A stretch of 64,000 nucleotides of DNA, taken from a virus. Location: positions 1-64,000 of the IMG/VR virus record IMGVR_UViG_3300042335_000796, one strand, 5' to 3'. The stretch's first letter is position 1, and each line of letters starts with the position of its first letter. Below are positions 1 through 7,648 of the stretch, piece after piece. The notes under the pieces were generated by a model. The model was not told the DNA's origin, made no database searches, and saw only the letters and a program-made list of their open reading frames with translations. The position numbers and the translations under genes were made by a program.

Positions 1-482
1 TTAAAATTTTGGGTAATGTTGATTTAAGTAAAAATCAAGAAATAACAACTCTTGGCAATTGTTATGCTGTTGGTGGTCATTTGTATTTAAATTGGTGCCA
101 AAATCTCGAATCACTTGGAAATTTAACCGAAGTTGGTGGTTATTTAGATTTAAGAGAGACAAATATCCAATCACTTGAAAGTTTAACTGCTGTTGGTGGT
201 AATTTGTATTTAGAAAATTGTACAAATCTCCAATCACTTGGAAATTTAACAGAAGTTGGAGGTAATTTAAATTTAAGATATTGTACAAATCTCCAATCAC
301 TTGGAAAGTTAACTGAAGTTGGTGGTTATTTAGATTTAAGAGAGACAAATATCCAATCACTTGAAAGTTTAACTGTTGTTGGTGGTAATTTGTATTTACA
401 AAATACACCAATAGCTAAGACAATGACAAAAAATGAAATAAGACAACAAGTTAATGTTGGTGGTAAAATTTATATGCTATGA
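1..482 (+). CDS. LRR-like repeat protein, array copy 1 (5'-truncated by window edge; 6 modules visible)
   Basis: Repeats of LxSLG/ExLTxVGGxLxL; the first ~126 nt are identical to copy 2 (from 597), so the true start lies upstream of the window; its TGA overlaps the next ATG. Confidence 0.85.
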   Translation, partial: KILGNVDLSKNQEITTLGNCYAVGGHLYLNWCQNLESLGNLTEVGGYLDLRETNIQSLESLTAVGGNLYLENCTNLQSLGNLTEVGGNLNLRYCTNLQSLGKLTEVGGYLDLRETNIQSLESLTVVGGNLYLQNTPIAKTMTKNEIRQQVNVGGKIYML

Positions 483-1018
483 AAACTTTAATTAGAAAAC
501 TATTAAAAGAACAAGAAGAAATAATAACTCTTCCACCTATTATACATTTCGATAATGATTGGAATCTGGTATTGGAAGCGTCTGAAGGAAAACCATTTAA
601 AATTTTGGGTAATGTTGATTTAAGTAAAAATCAAGAAATAACAACTCTTGGCAATTGTTATGCTGTTGGTGGTCATTTGTATTTAAATTGGTGCCAAAAT
701 CTCGAATCACTTGGAAATTTAACTGAAGTTGGTGGTTATTTGGATTTAAGGGAGACAAATCTTCAATCACTTGGAAATTTAACCGAAGTTGGTGGTTGGT
801 TGAATTTATATTATTGCAAAAATCTCCAATCACTTGGAAATTTAACCAAAGTTGGTGGTTGGTTGAATTTAGAAAATTGTGCAAATCTCGAATCACTTGG
901 AAATTTAACCGAAGTTGGTGGTTGGTTGGATTTAAAAAATACACCAATAGCTGATACCATGACTGAAGATGAAATAAGACAACAAGTTAATGTTGGTGGT
1001 AATATTTATATGCTATGA
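479..1018 (+). CDS. LRR-like repeat protein, array copy 2 (5 modules)
   Basis: Constant N-cap MKTLIRKLLKEQEEIITLPP, 20/21-aa repeats, C-cap TPIADTMTEDEIRQQVNVGGNIY. Confidence 0.9.
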   Translation: MKTLIRKLLKEQEEIITLPPIIHFDNDWNLVLEASEGKPFKILGNVDLSKNQEITTLGNCYAVGGHLYLNWCQNLESLGNLTEVGGYLDLRETNLQSLGNLTEVGGWLNLYYCKNLQSLGNLTKVGGWLNLENCANLESLGNLTEVGGWLDLKNTPIADTMTEDEIRQQVNVGGNIYML

Positions 1019-1491
1019 AAACTTTAATTAGAAAACTATTAAAAGAACAAGAAGAAATAATAACTCTTCCACCATTTGAATATTTCGAATACGATTGGAA
1101 TCTGGTATTGGAATTAAGTGAAGGGAAACCATTTAAAATTTTGGGTAATGTTAATTTAACTAATAATCAAGAAATAACAACTCTTGGCAATTGTTATGCT
1201 GTTGGTGGTTGGTTGGATTTATATAAGTGCAAAAATCTCCAATCCCTTGGAAATTTAACAGAAGTTGGTGGTGATTTGGATTTATTTGGGTGTGAAAATA
1301 TCCAATCACTTGGGGATTTAACAGAAGTTGGTGGTGCTTTAAGTTTATATAATTGCGAAAATCTTGAATCCCTTGGAAATTTAACCGAAGTTGGTGGTGA
1401 TTTGGGATTGAGTTGTACACCAATAGCTGATACAATGACAGAATATGAAATAAGAAAACAAGTTAATGTTGGTGGTAATATTTATTTATAA
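1015..1491 (+). CDS. LRR-like repeat protein, array copy 3 (4 modules)
   Basis: Same caps; VGG motif recurs with a 21-aa period (GG at aa 64, 85, 106, 127). Confidence 0.9.
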   Translation: MKTLIRKLLKEQEEIITLPPFEYFEYDWNLVLELSEGKPFKILGNVNLTNNQEITTLGNCYAVGGWLDLYKCKNLQSLGNLTEVGGDLDLFGCENIQSLGDLTEVGGALSLYNCENLESLGNLTEVGGDLGLSCTPIADTMTEYEIRKQVNVGGNIYL

Positions 1492-1907
1492 TGAAAAAAT
1501 TAATCAGAAAACTATTAAAAGAACAAGAAGAAATAATAACTCTTCCACCATTTCATTATTTTGATAATGATTGGAATCTGGTATTGGAATTAAGTGAAGG
1601 GAAACCATTTAAAATTTTGGGTAATGTAGATTTAAGTTATAATCAAAAAATAACAACTCTTGGCAATTGTTATGCTGTTGGTGGTAATTTGGATTTATAT
1701 TTTTGCGAAAATCTTGAATCACTTGGAAATTTAACTGAAGTTGGTGGTTATTTGGATTTATTTGGGTGCAAAAATCTCCAATCAATTGGAAATTTAACAG
1801 AAGTTGGTGGTGATTTGTATTTACAAAATACACCAATAGCACATACCATGACAGAAAATAAAATAAGACAACAAGTTAATGTTGGTGGTAAAATTTATAT
1901 GCTATGA
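1491..1907 (+). CDS. LRR-like repeat protein, array copy 4 (3 modules)
   Basis: Same caps and repeats; TAATG overlap with copy 3. Confidence 0.9.
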   Translation: MKKLIRKLLKEQEEIITLPPFHYFDNDWNLVLELSEGKPFKILGNVDLSYNQKITTLGNCYAVGGNLDLYFCENLESLGNLTEVGGYLDLFGCKNLQSIGNLTEVGGDLYLQNTPIAHTMTENKIRQQVNVGGKIYML

Positions 1908-2443
1908 AAACTTTAATCAGAAAACTATTAAAAGAACAAGAAGAAATAATAACTCTTCCACCATTTCATTATTTTGATAATGATTGGAATCTGGTATTGG
2001 AATTAAGTGAAGGAAAACCATTTAAGATTTTGGGAGATGTTGATTTAAGTAATAATCAAGAAATAACAACTCTTGGCAATTGTTATGCTGTTGGTGGTTG
2101 GTTGAGTTTATTTAATTGCGAAAATCTCCAATCACTTGAAAGTTTAACTGTTGTTGGTGGAGATTTATACTTATACAATTGCACAAATCTCCAATCACTT
2201 GGAAATTTAACCAAAGTTGGTGGTAGTTTGAATTTAAGATATTGTACAAATCTCCAATCCCTTGGAAATTTAACTGAAGTTGGTGGTGATTTAGATTTAA
2301 GAGAGACAAATATCCAATCACTTGAAAGTTTAACTGTTGTTGGTGGTTATTTGGGATTGAGTTGTACACCAATAGCTAAGACAATGACAGAAGATGAAAT
2401 AAGACAACAAGTTAATGTTGGTGGTAATATTTATTGGTGGTAA
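1904..2443 (+). CDS. LRR-like repeat protein, array copy 5 (5 modules)
   Basis: Same caps and repeats; ATGA overlap with copy 4. Confidence 0.9.
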   Translation: MKTLIRKLLKEQEEIITLPPFHYFDNDWNLVLELSEGKPFKILGDVDLSNNQEITTLGNCYAVGGWLSLFNCENLQSLESLTVVGGDLYLYNCTNLQSLGNLTKVGGSLNLRYCTNLQSLGNLTEVGGDLDLRETNIQSLESLTVVGGYLGLSCTPIAKTMTEDEIRQQVNVGGNIYWW

Positions 2444-2452
2444 AATTTTTTT

Positions 2453-2561
2453 TAATTAAAAAAGTAATATTAATAATTATTAATATTAATAATAATATTA
2501 TATTAATAATAATTTATATATATATATATATAAATAAAATAAAAAAAATAATTAAAAAAGT
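2453..2561. other. Pure A/T tract (2465-2559) flanked by 13-bp direct repeats TAATTAAAAAAGT; candidate unwinding element/origin
   Basis: No G or C between 2464 and 2560; repeats at 2453-2465 and 2549-2561; internal (TA)n palindrome. The function is inferred. Confidence 0.5.
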
Positions 2562-2594
2562 CAATAGTTTTTTGAAAAAAAATCATAACACTAA

Positions 2595-2653
2595 TATTTA
2601 TATTAAAAGGTATCATAAACACCTTTGTTAATATAATTAACACAAATGTTTAT
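2595..2653 (+). promoter_or_regulatory. Putative late-promoter motif TATTTATA plus a leader hairpin upstream of the tail tube gene
   Basis: TATTTATA at 2595-2602; imperfect inverted repeat ATAAACA-cc-TTTG-TTAAT/ATTAA-ca-CAAA-TGTTTAT at 2615-2653. Confidence 0.45.
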
Positions 2654-2684
2654 ATAAAAAAATAGATATAAAAGAAAAAATATA

Positions 2685-3173
2685 ATGGCTGATTTATTAA
2701 TGAAAATGCCCATACCTTATGAACCTAAAAGACAAAATAGGTTTATTTTAAGGTTTCCATCCACATTAGGAATAAATGAATGGTTTGTTGAAACTGCAGC
2801 AAGACCAAGTTATAAAGTAAATGCTACAGAAATTCAATTTTTGAATACTTCAACATATGTTGCTGGTAGATTTAATTGGAACCCTATTACTGTTAAATTT
2901 AGAGACCCTATAGGTCCATCAGCGTCTCAAGCTATTATGGAATGGGTTAGACTTTGTACTGAATCTGTTACAGGTAGAATGGGGTATGCTGCAGGGTATA
3001 AGAAAAATGTTGATTTAGAGATGTTAGACCCAACTGGTGTTGTTGTTGAAAAATGGATACTTGAAGGTACTTTCTTAGAATCCGTTAACTTTGATTCATT
3101 ATCATATTCTCAGGATAGTATAGCAAGTATTACAGCAAGTCTTAGAATGGACCGTTGTATTCTTGTTTATTAA
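2685..3173 (+). CDS. Tail tube protein (T4 gp19-like)
   Basis: 162 aa; EPKRQNRF, AGRFNWNPITVKFRD, MLDPTGVVVEKWILEG are typical of large-myophage tube proteins. Confidence 0.85.
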   Translation: MADLLMKMPIPYEPKRQNRFILRFPSTLGINEWFVETAARPSYKVNATEIQFLNTSTYVAGRFNWNPITVKFRDPIGPSASQAIMEWVRLCTESVTGRMGYAAGYKKNVDLEMLDPTGVVVEKWILEGTFLESVNFDSLSYSQDSIASITASLRMDRCILVY

Positions 3174-3230
3174 TTTATTTTTCTAAACCCTTTACAACCA
3201 AAATTTAAATTCATATATTTATATATATAT

Positions 3231-4808
3231 ATGGATTTAAATTTTTTTTTATTAAATAACAAATCAGGATTTAAAACTAAGGAAGCTTGGTTTAAAAAGA
3301 ATTATCCTGATGAATATTTAGATATTTTAGACTATTCAAAAAACATTGATTGTTCATTTAAAGAAAGAATTTGGTTTTATTTTAATAAAACCATTGAACG
3401 ACCTAAATGCTTCAATTGTAAAAATGAATTAAAATTCAACGAAAGATTCGATAATCCATATTCAGAATTCTGCTCAATACAATGCTTTAACTCAAATAAA
3501 GAAGAAATGATTAAAAGGCAAGTTAAAACATTTAATGAAAAATATGGTGTAGATTTTTACCCCAAATGTAGTGATTTTATTAAAAAACAAAAAATAACAA
3601 AACATCAAAGATATGGGAATGAAAATTATGTTAATGTTGATAAAATAAAGGAAACTAAGAAAAAAAGATATGGTAATGAAAATTATACTAATATTGAAAA
3701 ATATAAAATAACTTGTATATCGAAATATAATACTGATAATTATTCAAAGTCTAATCATTATAAAGAAATAATTAATAAAAAATATTCAGAATTATATCCT
3801 AATATAAATTTTATAGAAATTAATAAAAGTTTTGTAAAAATTCATTGCCATAAGTGTAATTCTAATTATGAAATATCAAAACAATTAATATATGAAAGAA
3901 ATTTAAGAAATTATGAAATATGTATAAATTGTAATCCTATTGATGTTTCTAAAAGAAGTGGTTATGAAGATGAAATTATACAATTCTTAATTAAAAATAA
4001 TATTGAAATTATCAAAAATTATAAATTTAATAATTCAAAAAAAGAGATAGACATATTTTTACCAAAATATAATTTAGGTATTGAATTTAATGGGTTATAT
4101 TGGCACTCAGAACTATTTAAGAGTTCAACATATCATCTTGATAAAACGGTTTTAAGTAAAAATGAAAATATTGATTTACTACACATTTTTGAAGATGAAT
4201 GGATTTATAAAAAAGAAATTGTTAAATCAATAATTTTAAATAAATTAGGTATTTTAACTGAAAAAATAAATGCTCGAAATTGTGTAATTAAAGAAGTTTC
4301 ATATAATGATTCAAAAGATTTTTTAGAAAAAAATCATATACAAGGAAATGTTAAATCAAGTATTAGATTAGGATTATATTTTGAAAATGAATTAGTTTCA
4401 TTAATAACATTTTCAAAAGGTCGTATAATTATGGGTGGTAAAAGTGATGAATTTGAACTAAATAGGTTTTGTAATAAACTTAATACAATTGTTGTTGGTG
4501 GATTTTCTAAACTTTTTAAATTTTTTACTAAAAATTATAAATTTAATAAAATTATTTCATATTCAGATATAAGATATTTTAATGGTGGAATATATCTTAA
4601 AAATGGTTTTAAATTTATACATCAAACAAATCCAAACTATTGGTATATTGTTGGCGACTTAAGAATGCATAGATTTAATTTTAATAAGAGAAAATTAATT
4701 TCTATGGGTTACGATTCAAATAAAACTGAAAAAGAAATAATGATTGAAAGAAAAATATATAGAATATATGATTGTGGAAATATTAGATGGGAATATGATT
4801 TACAATAA
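3231..4808 (+). CDS. Free-standing homing endonuclease-like protein (Zn ribbons, TxxxKYG repeats, Vsr/PD-(D/E)XK-like nuclease domain)
   Basis: CFNC, CHKC, CINC; four Txxx(K/R)YG/N repeats; IDIFLPKYNLGIEFNGLYWHS...HIFEDEW; C-terminal RIYDCG. Confidence 0.75.
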   Translation: MDLNFFLLNNKSGFKTKEAWFKKNYPDEYLDILDYSKNIDCSFKERIWFYFNKTIERPKCFNCKNELKFNERFDNPYSEFCSIQCFNSNKEEMIKRQVKTFNEKYGVDFYPKCSDFIKKQKITKHQRYGNENYVNVDKIKETKKKRYGNENYTNIEKYKITCISKYNTDNYSKSNHYKEIINKKYSELYPNINFIEINKSFVKIHCHKCNSNYEISKQLIYERNLRNYEICINCNPIDVSKRSGYEDEIIQFLIKNNIEIIKNYKFNNSKKEIDIFLPKYNLGIEFNGLYWHSELFKSSTYHLDKTVLSKNENIDLLHIFEDEWIYKKEIVKSIILNKLGILTEKINARNCVIKEVSYNDSKDFLEKNHIQGNVKSSIRLGLYFENELVSLITFSKGRIIMGGKSDEFELNRFCNKLNTIVVGGFSKLFKFFTKNYKFNKIISYSDIRYFNGGIYLKNGFKFIHQTNPNYWYIVGDLRMHRFNFNKRKLISMGYDSNKTEKEIMIERKIYRIYDCGNIRWEYDLQ

Positions 4809-4835
4809 ACTAAATTTTATTATATTATAAATAAT

Positions 4836-5579
4836 ATGAACGAACAATTTCAAAATAATATTACTCTACCCCATGATATTGTAAAATTATCATCTGGCGG
4901 AATTTTTTATAAAAATAATAAGAAAAGTGTAAAAGTTGGATATTTAAGTGCTTCAGATGAAAATTTAATGTTAGCTGTTGGCAGTATTAAAGATTCATTT
5001 GTTTTAAGGCTTATTCGAGAAAAATTATATGAAATTGATATTAAGCCTGAAGAATTATTACAGGGAGATATTCAATCAATATTATTATTTTTACGCAATA
5101 CATCATTTGGTCCTGAATATACAACAACAGTTATTGACCCAATGACTAATAAACCATTTGAAGTTACAGTATTATTAGATGAGGTTAATTTTATAAAACC
5201 TAAAGTTAAGATTAATGAAGATTTAACATTTTCAACAATTTTACCTAAGAGTAATAAATCAATTAAATTAAGACCATTAACATATGGTGAAATTGAGGAA
5301 ATTAATATTGCGGCTGATAGGTATCCTGATGGAATGATTGCGCCAGTAAATACTTGGAAACTTAATAAAATGGTTGTTGAATTAGATGGTAATAATGATT
5401 TAAGTTATGTTTCAGAAACTATTTCAAAATTACCAATAGCTGATGCGAAATATATTCGTAAATTCATGCTTGAAAATGAACCAGGATTAGATTTAACAAA
5501 AGAAGTTACAGCCCCATCAGGAGTAAAAGTTCAAGTAAAACCGAACTTTGGGGTTGACTTTTTTCGTCCTTTCTTCTAA
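4836..5579 (+). CDS. Baseplate hub/tail assembly chaperone (T4 gp26-like)
   Basis: Lies between tube and tape measure; LSSGGIFY, FLRNTSFGPEY, EPGLDL, C-terminal DFFRP. Confidence 0.7.
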   Translation: MNEQFQNNITLPHDIVKLSSGGIFYKNNKKSVKVGYLSASDENLMLAVGSIKDSFVLRLIREKLYEIDIKPEELLQGDIQSILLFLRNTSFGPEYTTTVIDPMTNKPFEVTVLLDEVNFIKPKVKINEDLTFSTILPKSNKSIKLRPLTYGEIEEINIAADRYPDGMIAPVNTWKLNKMVVELDGNNDLSYVSETISKLPIADAKYIRKFMLENEPGLDLTKEVTAPSGVKVQVKPNFGVDFFRPFF

Positions 5580-5721
5580 TTATCGTGAGCTTCAATCTTG
5601 GGAATATTATATTTGTACAAGATATTTGAATGTTTCTTATACAGATTATTTAATAATGCCAATATATTTGCGTAAATTTTTAATAGAACAATATATTGAG
5701 TCTAAGACACCTAAAACTTAA
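5548..5721 (+). CDS. Small overlapping ORF absent from the ORF track (gp51-like/tail chaperone extension); probable +1 frameshift product
   Basis: The +1 frame is open 5539-5721: LGLTFFVLSSNYRELQSWEYYICTRYLNVSYTDYLIMPIYLRKFLIEQYIESKTPKT; it fills the gap before the tape measure gene. Confidence 0.65.
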   Translation: MGLTFFVLSSNYRELQSWEYYICTRYLNVSYTDYLIMPIYLRKFLIEQYIESKTPKT

Positions 5722-5750
5722 AAATGGGTATTTATTATTAAATAATAGAT

Positions 5751-7607
5751 ATGGCGGAACAGAATAATAGTTATATACCATCTGAAGATTTTAATGTAAA
5801 TAAATTAATACCTTCTTTAGCTGCAGCTATAAAGAATGAGTTTTATGCTTCATTAATAGGTGATGTGACAGATACTTTTCAAAGTATTGAAAATTCAATA
5901 ATAAATATCACTAAGCAATTTGGTGGTGGACGTGAAATGTCTAAAGCTATTGAAAGAAATTTTGCAGATGCTACAATTCAAGTAGGTCAATTAGGTGGTA
6001 CATTAAAAGATATTGAAGCAATACAAGTTAGTGTAATTAAAGCAACTAATACACAAACAATATTAAATGGCGAAGCATATGCATCACTTTATGCAACATC
6101 TAAATTAATTGGCGATAATACCAAAGATGCAAGTCAAGTTGTCGGTGAAATGATTCAAAATATTACAAAAGTTGGTTATGGTTTATATGATACTACAAAG
6201 CAATTATCAACAGTAATTGATTTAGCAAGACAATATGGATTATCAACTACATCAATATATTCACAATTAAAAGATAATATTTCTGCAGTTAATTTATACA
6301 ATTTTGATAATGGTGTTCAAGGATTATCAAAAATGTCAGCACAAGCTGCAATGGTTAAAGGTAATATTAGTGACACTTTAAAATTTGCTGAAAAAGTTTT
6401 TTCACCAGAAAAAGCTATAGAAACTGCAGCATCATTTCAAAGACTTGGGGTTCAAGTTTCTGAATTACTTGACCCATATTCATTAATGGATATGGCAAGA
6501 AACAGACCTGAAGATTTACAAAAATCGATTATTGAAGCAACCAAAGAGTTAACATATTTTGATGAAAAAAATAATAGGATTTCAATATTACCTGGTTCAC
6601 AAGAAAGATTAAGAGAACTTGCACCAGTTCTTGATATGAGTGCAGATAAGCTTGCAGAATTAGCAATTAATTCAGCTAATTTAGAAAGAAAACTTAAAAC
6701 AATTCAGTTTAAAGATTTCATGAATGAAGATGATAAAACATTAATTGCTAATTTAGCACAAATGAAAGATGGTAAATACGTAATTGATGTACAAGGTGTT
6801 GAAAAAGATGTTGTTACTTTAGATGAAAAAGATATTGAAGCCTTGAAAGTTGACCCTGATAAGTCAGCCATTCAATTACAAAGAGAATCAAATGGTAGTT
6901 TATTAAATATACAAAATGATGTTGCAGCGATTAAAACAGCAACAGCTGTTAGATTTTCAACAAATGAAGAATTAAAACAAGTTGTTAAAACTTTAAGTGA
7001 AAAAGCTTTTATAGCTACAGAAACTATAGCCACGGGTGTTGGGTTTAAAAGGCAAATATCTGGAGAAGGTGAAGGATTATACAGTGATATTGATGTTAAA
7101 AATTTCATTAATGATAAATTAGGTGGAACTATTAGAGAATTTTATGCAACTTTTACTGGTGAAAGGTCGCCTATGGAAGTTCTTGAGAATTTAAAAACTG
7201 CACTTACAGGAACTTTTGAATCAATAACAGGTTTTATCAATGATATTCCTAAAAATTATGAAGAAGCTAAAAAAAATATGCGAGAAATTGACCCAGAATA
7301 TGGTAAATTTCCAAATGATTTTGAAAAATCAACTAAAGAATTAAAAGAAAAAATATTGGGTTCAAATGTTTCAGAATCAACAAACAATACAAACAGTAAT
7401 AATTCAACTGCAAAAACTTTAACTGAACCTACACAAATAAATTTAGTTCATACGCATAATATAAATATCAATGGACAAAATTTACCACAATTGGTTGCAA
7501 ATATTCTAAATAGTTCTGAAATGATTAGTACATTAGATTTGAATATGAGTAAATATAAGGAAGAAGTTAATAATTTAATTGGTAAAAATATAGAAATGAC
7601 TGGTTAA
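5751..7607 (+). CDS. Tape measure-like protein
   Basis: 618 aa, helical and Ala/Gln/Leu-rich; follows the tube and chaperone genes. Confidence 0.65.
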   Translation: MAEQNNSYIPSEDFNVNKLIPSLAAAIKNEFYASLIGDVTDTFQSIENSIINITKQFGGGREMSKAIERNFADATIQVGQLGGTLKDIEAIQVSVIKATNTQTILNGEAYASLYATSKLIGDNTKDASQVVGEMIQNITKVGYGLYDTTKQLSTVIDLARQYGLSTTSIYSQLKDNISAVNLYNFDNGVQGLSKMSAQAAMVKGNISDTLKFAEKVFSPEKAIETAASFQRLGVQVSELLDPYSLMDMARNRPEDLQKSIIEATKELTYFDEKNNRISILPGSQERLRELAPVLDMSADKLAELAINSANLERKLKTIQFKDFMNEDDKTLIANLAQMKDGKYVIDVQGVEKDVVTLDEKDIEALKVDPDKSAIQLQRESNGSLLNIQNDVAAIKTATAVRFSTNEELKQVVKTLSEKAFIATETIATGVGFKRQISGEGEGLYSDIDVKNFINDKLGGTIREFYATFTGERSPMEVLENLKTALTGTFESITGFINDIPKNYEEAKKNMREIDPEYGKFPNDFEKSTKELKEKILGSNVSESTNNTNSNNSTAKTLTEPTQINLVHTHNININGQNLPQLVANILNSSEMISTLDLNMSKYKEEVNNLIGKNIEMTG

Positions 7608-7648
7608 AATTAAAATTGAACTATTTATTTAAAAAATAATAAAGATAA

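Larger units (their letters stand above)
1..2443 (+). repeat. Nested repeat: tandem gene duplications, each containing 60/63-bp tandem modules
   Basis: Recurring CAATCACTTGGAAATTTAACNGAAGTTGGTGGT; 129-212 and 315-398 differ at one base. Confidence 0.95.

Noticed and set aside
1-2372. Minus-strand ORFs with repeating HQLQLNFQVIGD (1-411, 597-947, 1160-1435, 1609-1842, 2112-2372)
   Set aside because: Antisense shadows of the repetitive LRR genes; the + strand frames have coherent caps and coupled starts and stops
1-2443. CRISPR array (constant ~35-bp segments alternating with variable segments)
   Set aside because: The period is always a multiple of 3 within open frames, constant parts vary at synonymous sites, and there are no cas genes; this is a protein repeat
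1-2443. Diversity-generating retroelement acting on the LRR genes
   Set aside because: No reverse transcriptase or non-coding template repeat in the window, and differences include non-adenine and synonymous changes plus whole-module gain and loss; an RT elsewhere in the genome cannot be excluded
2434-2631. 65-aa Ile/Asn/Lys ORF
   Set aside because: Translation of the pure A/T tract; low complexity and no credible start
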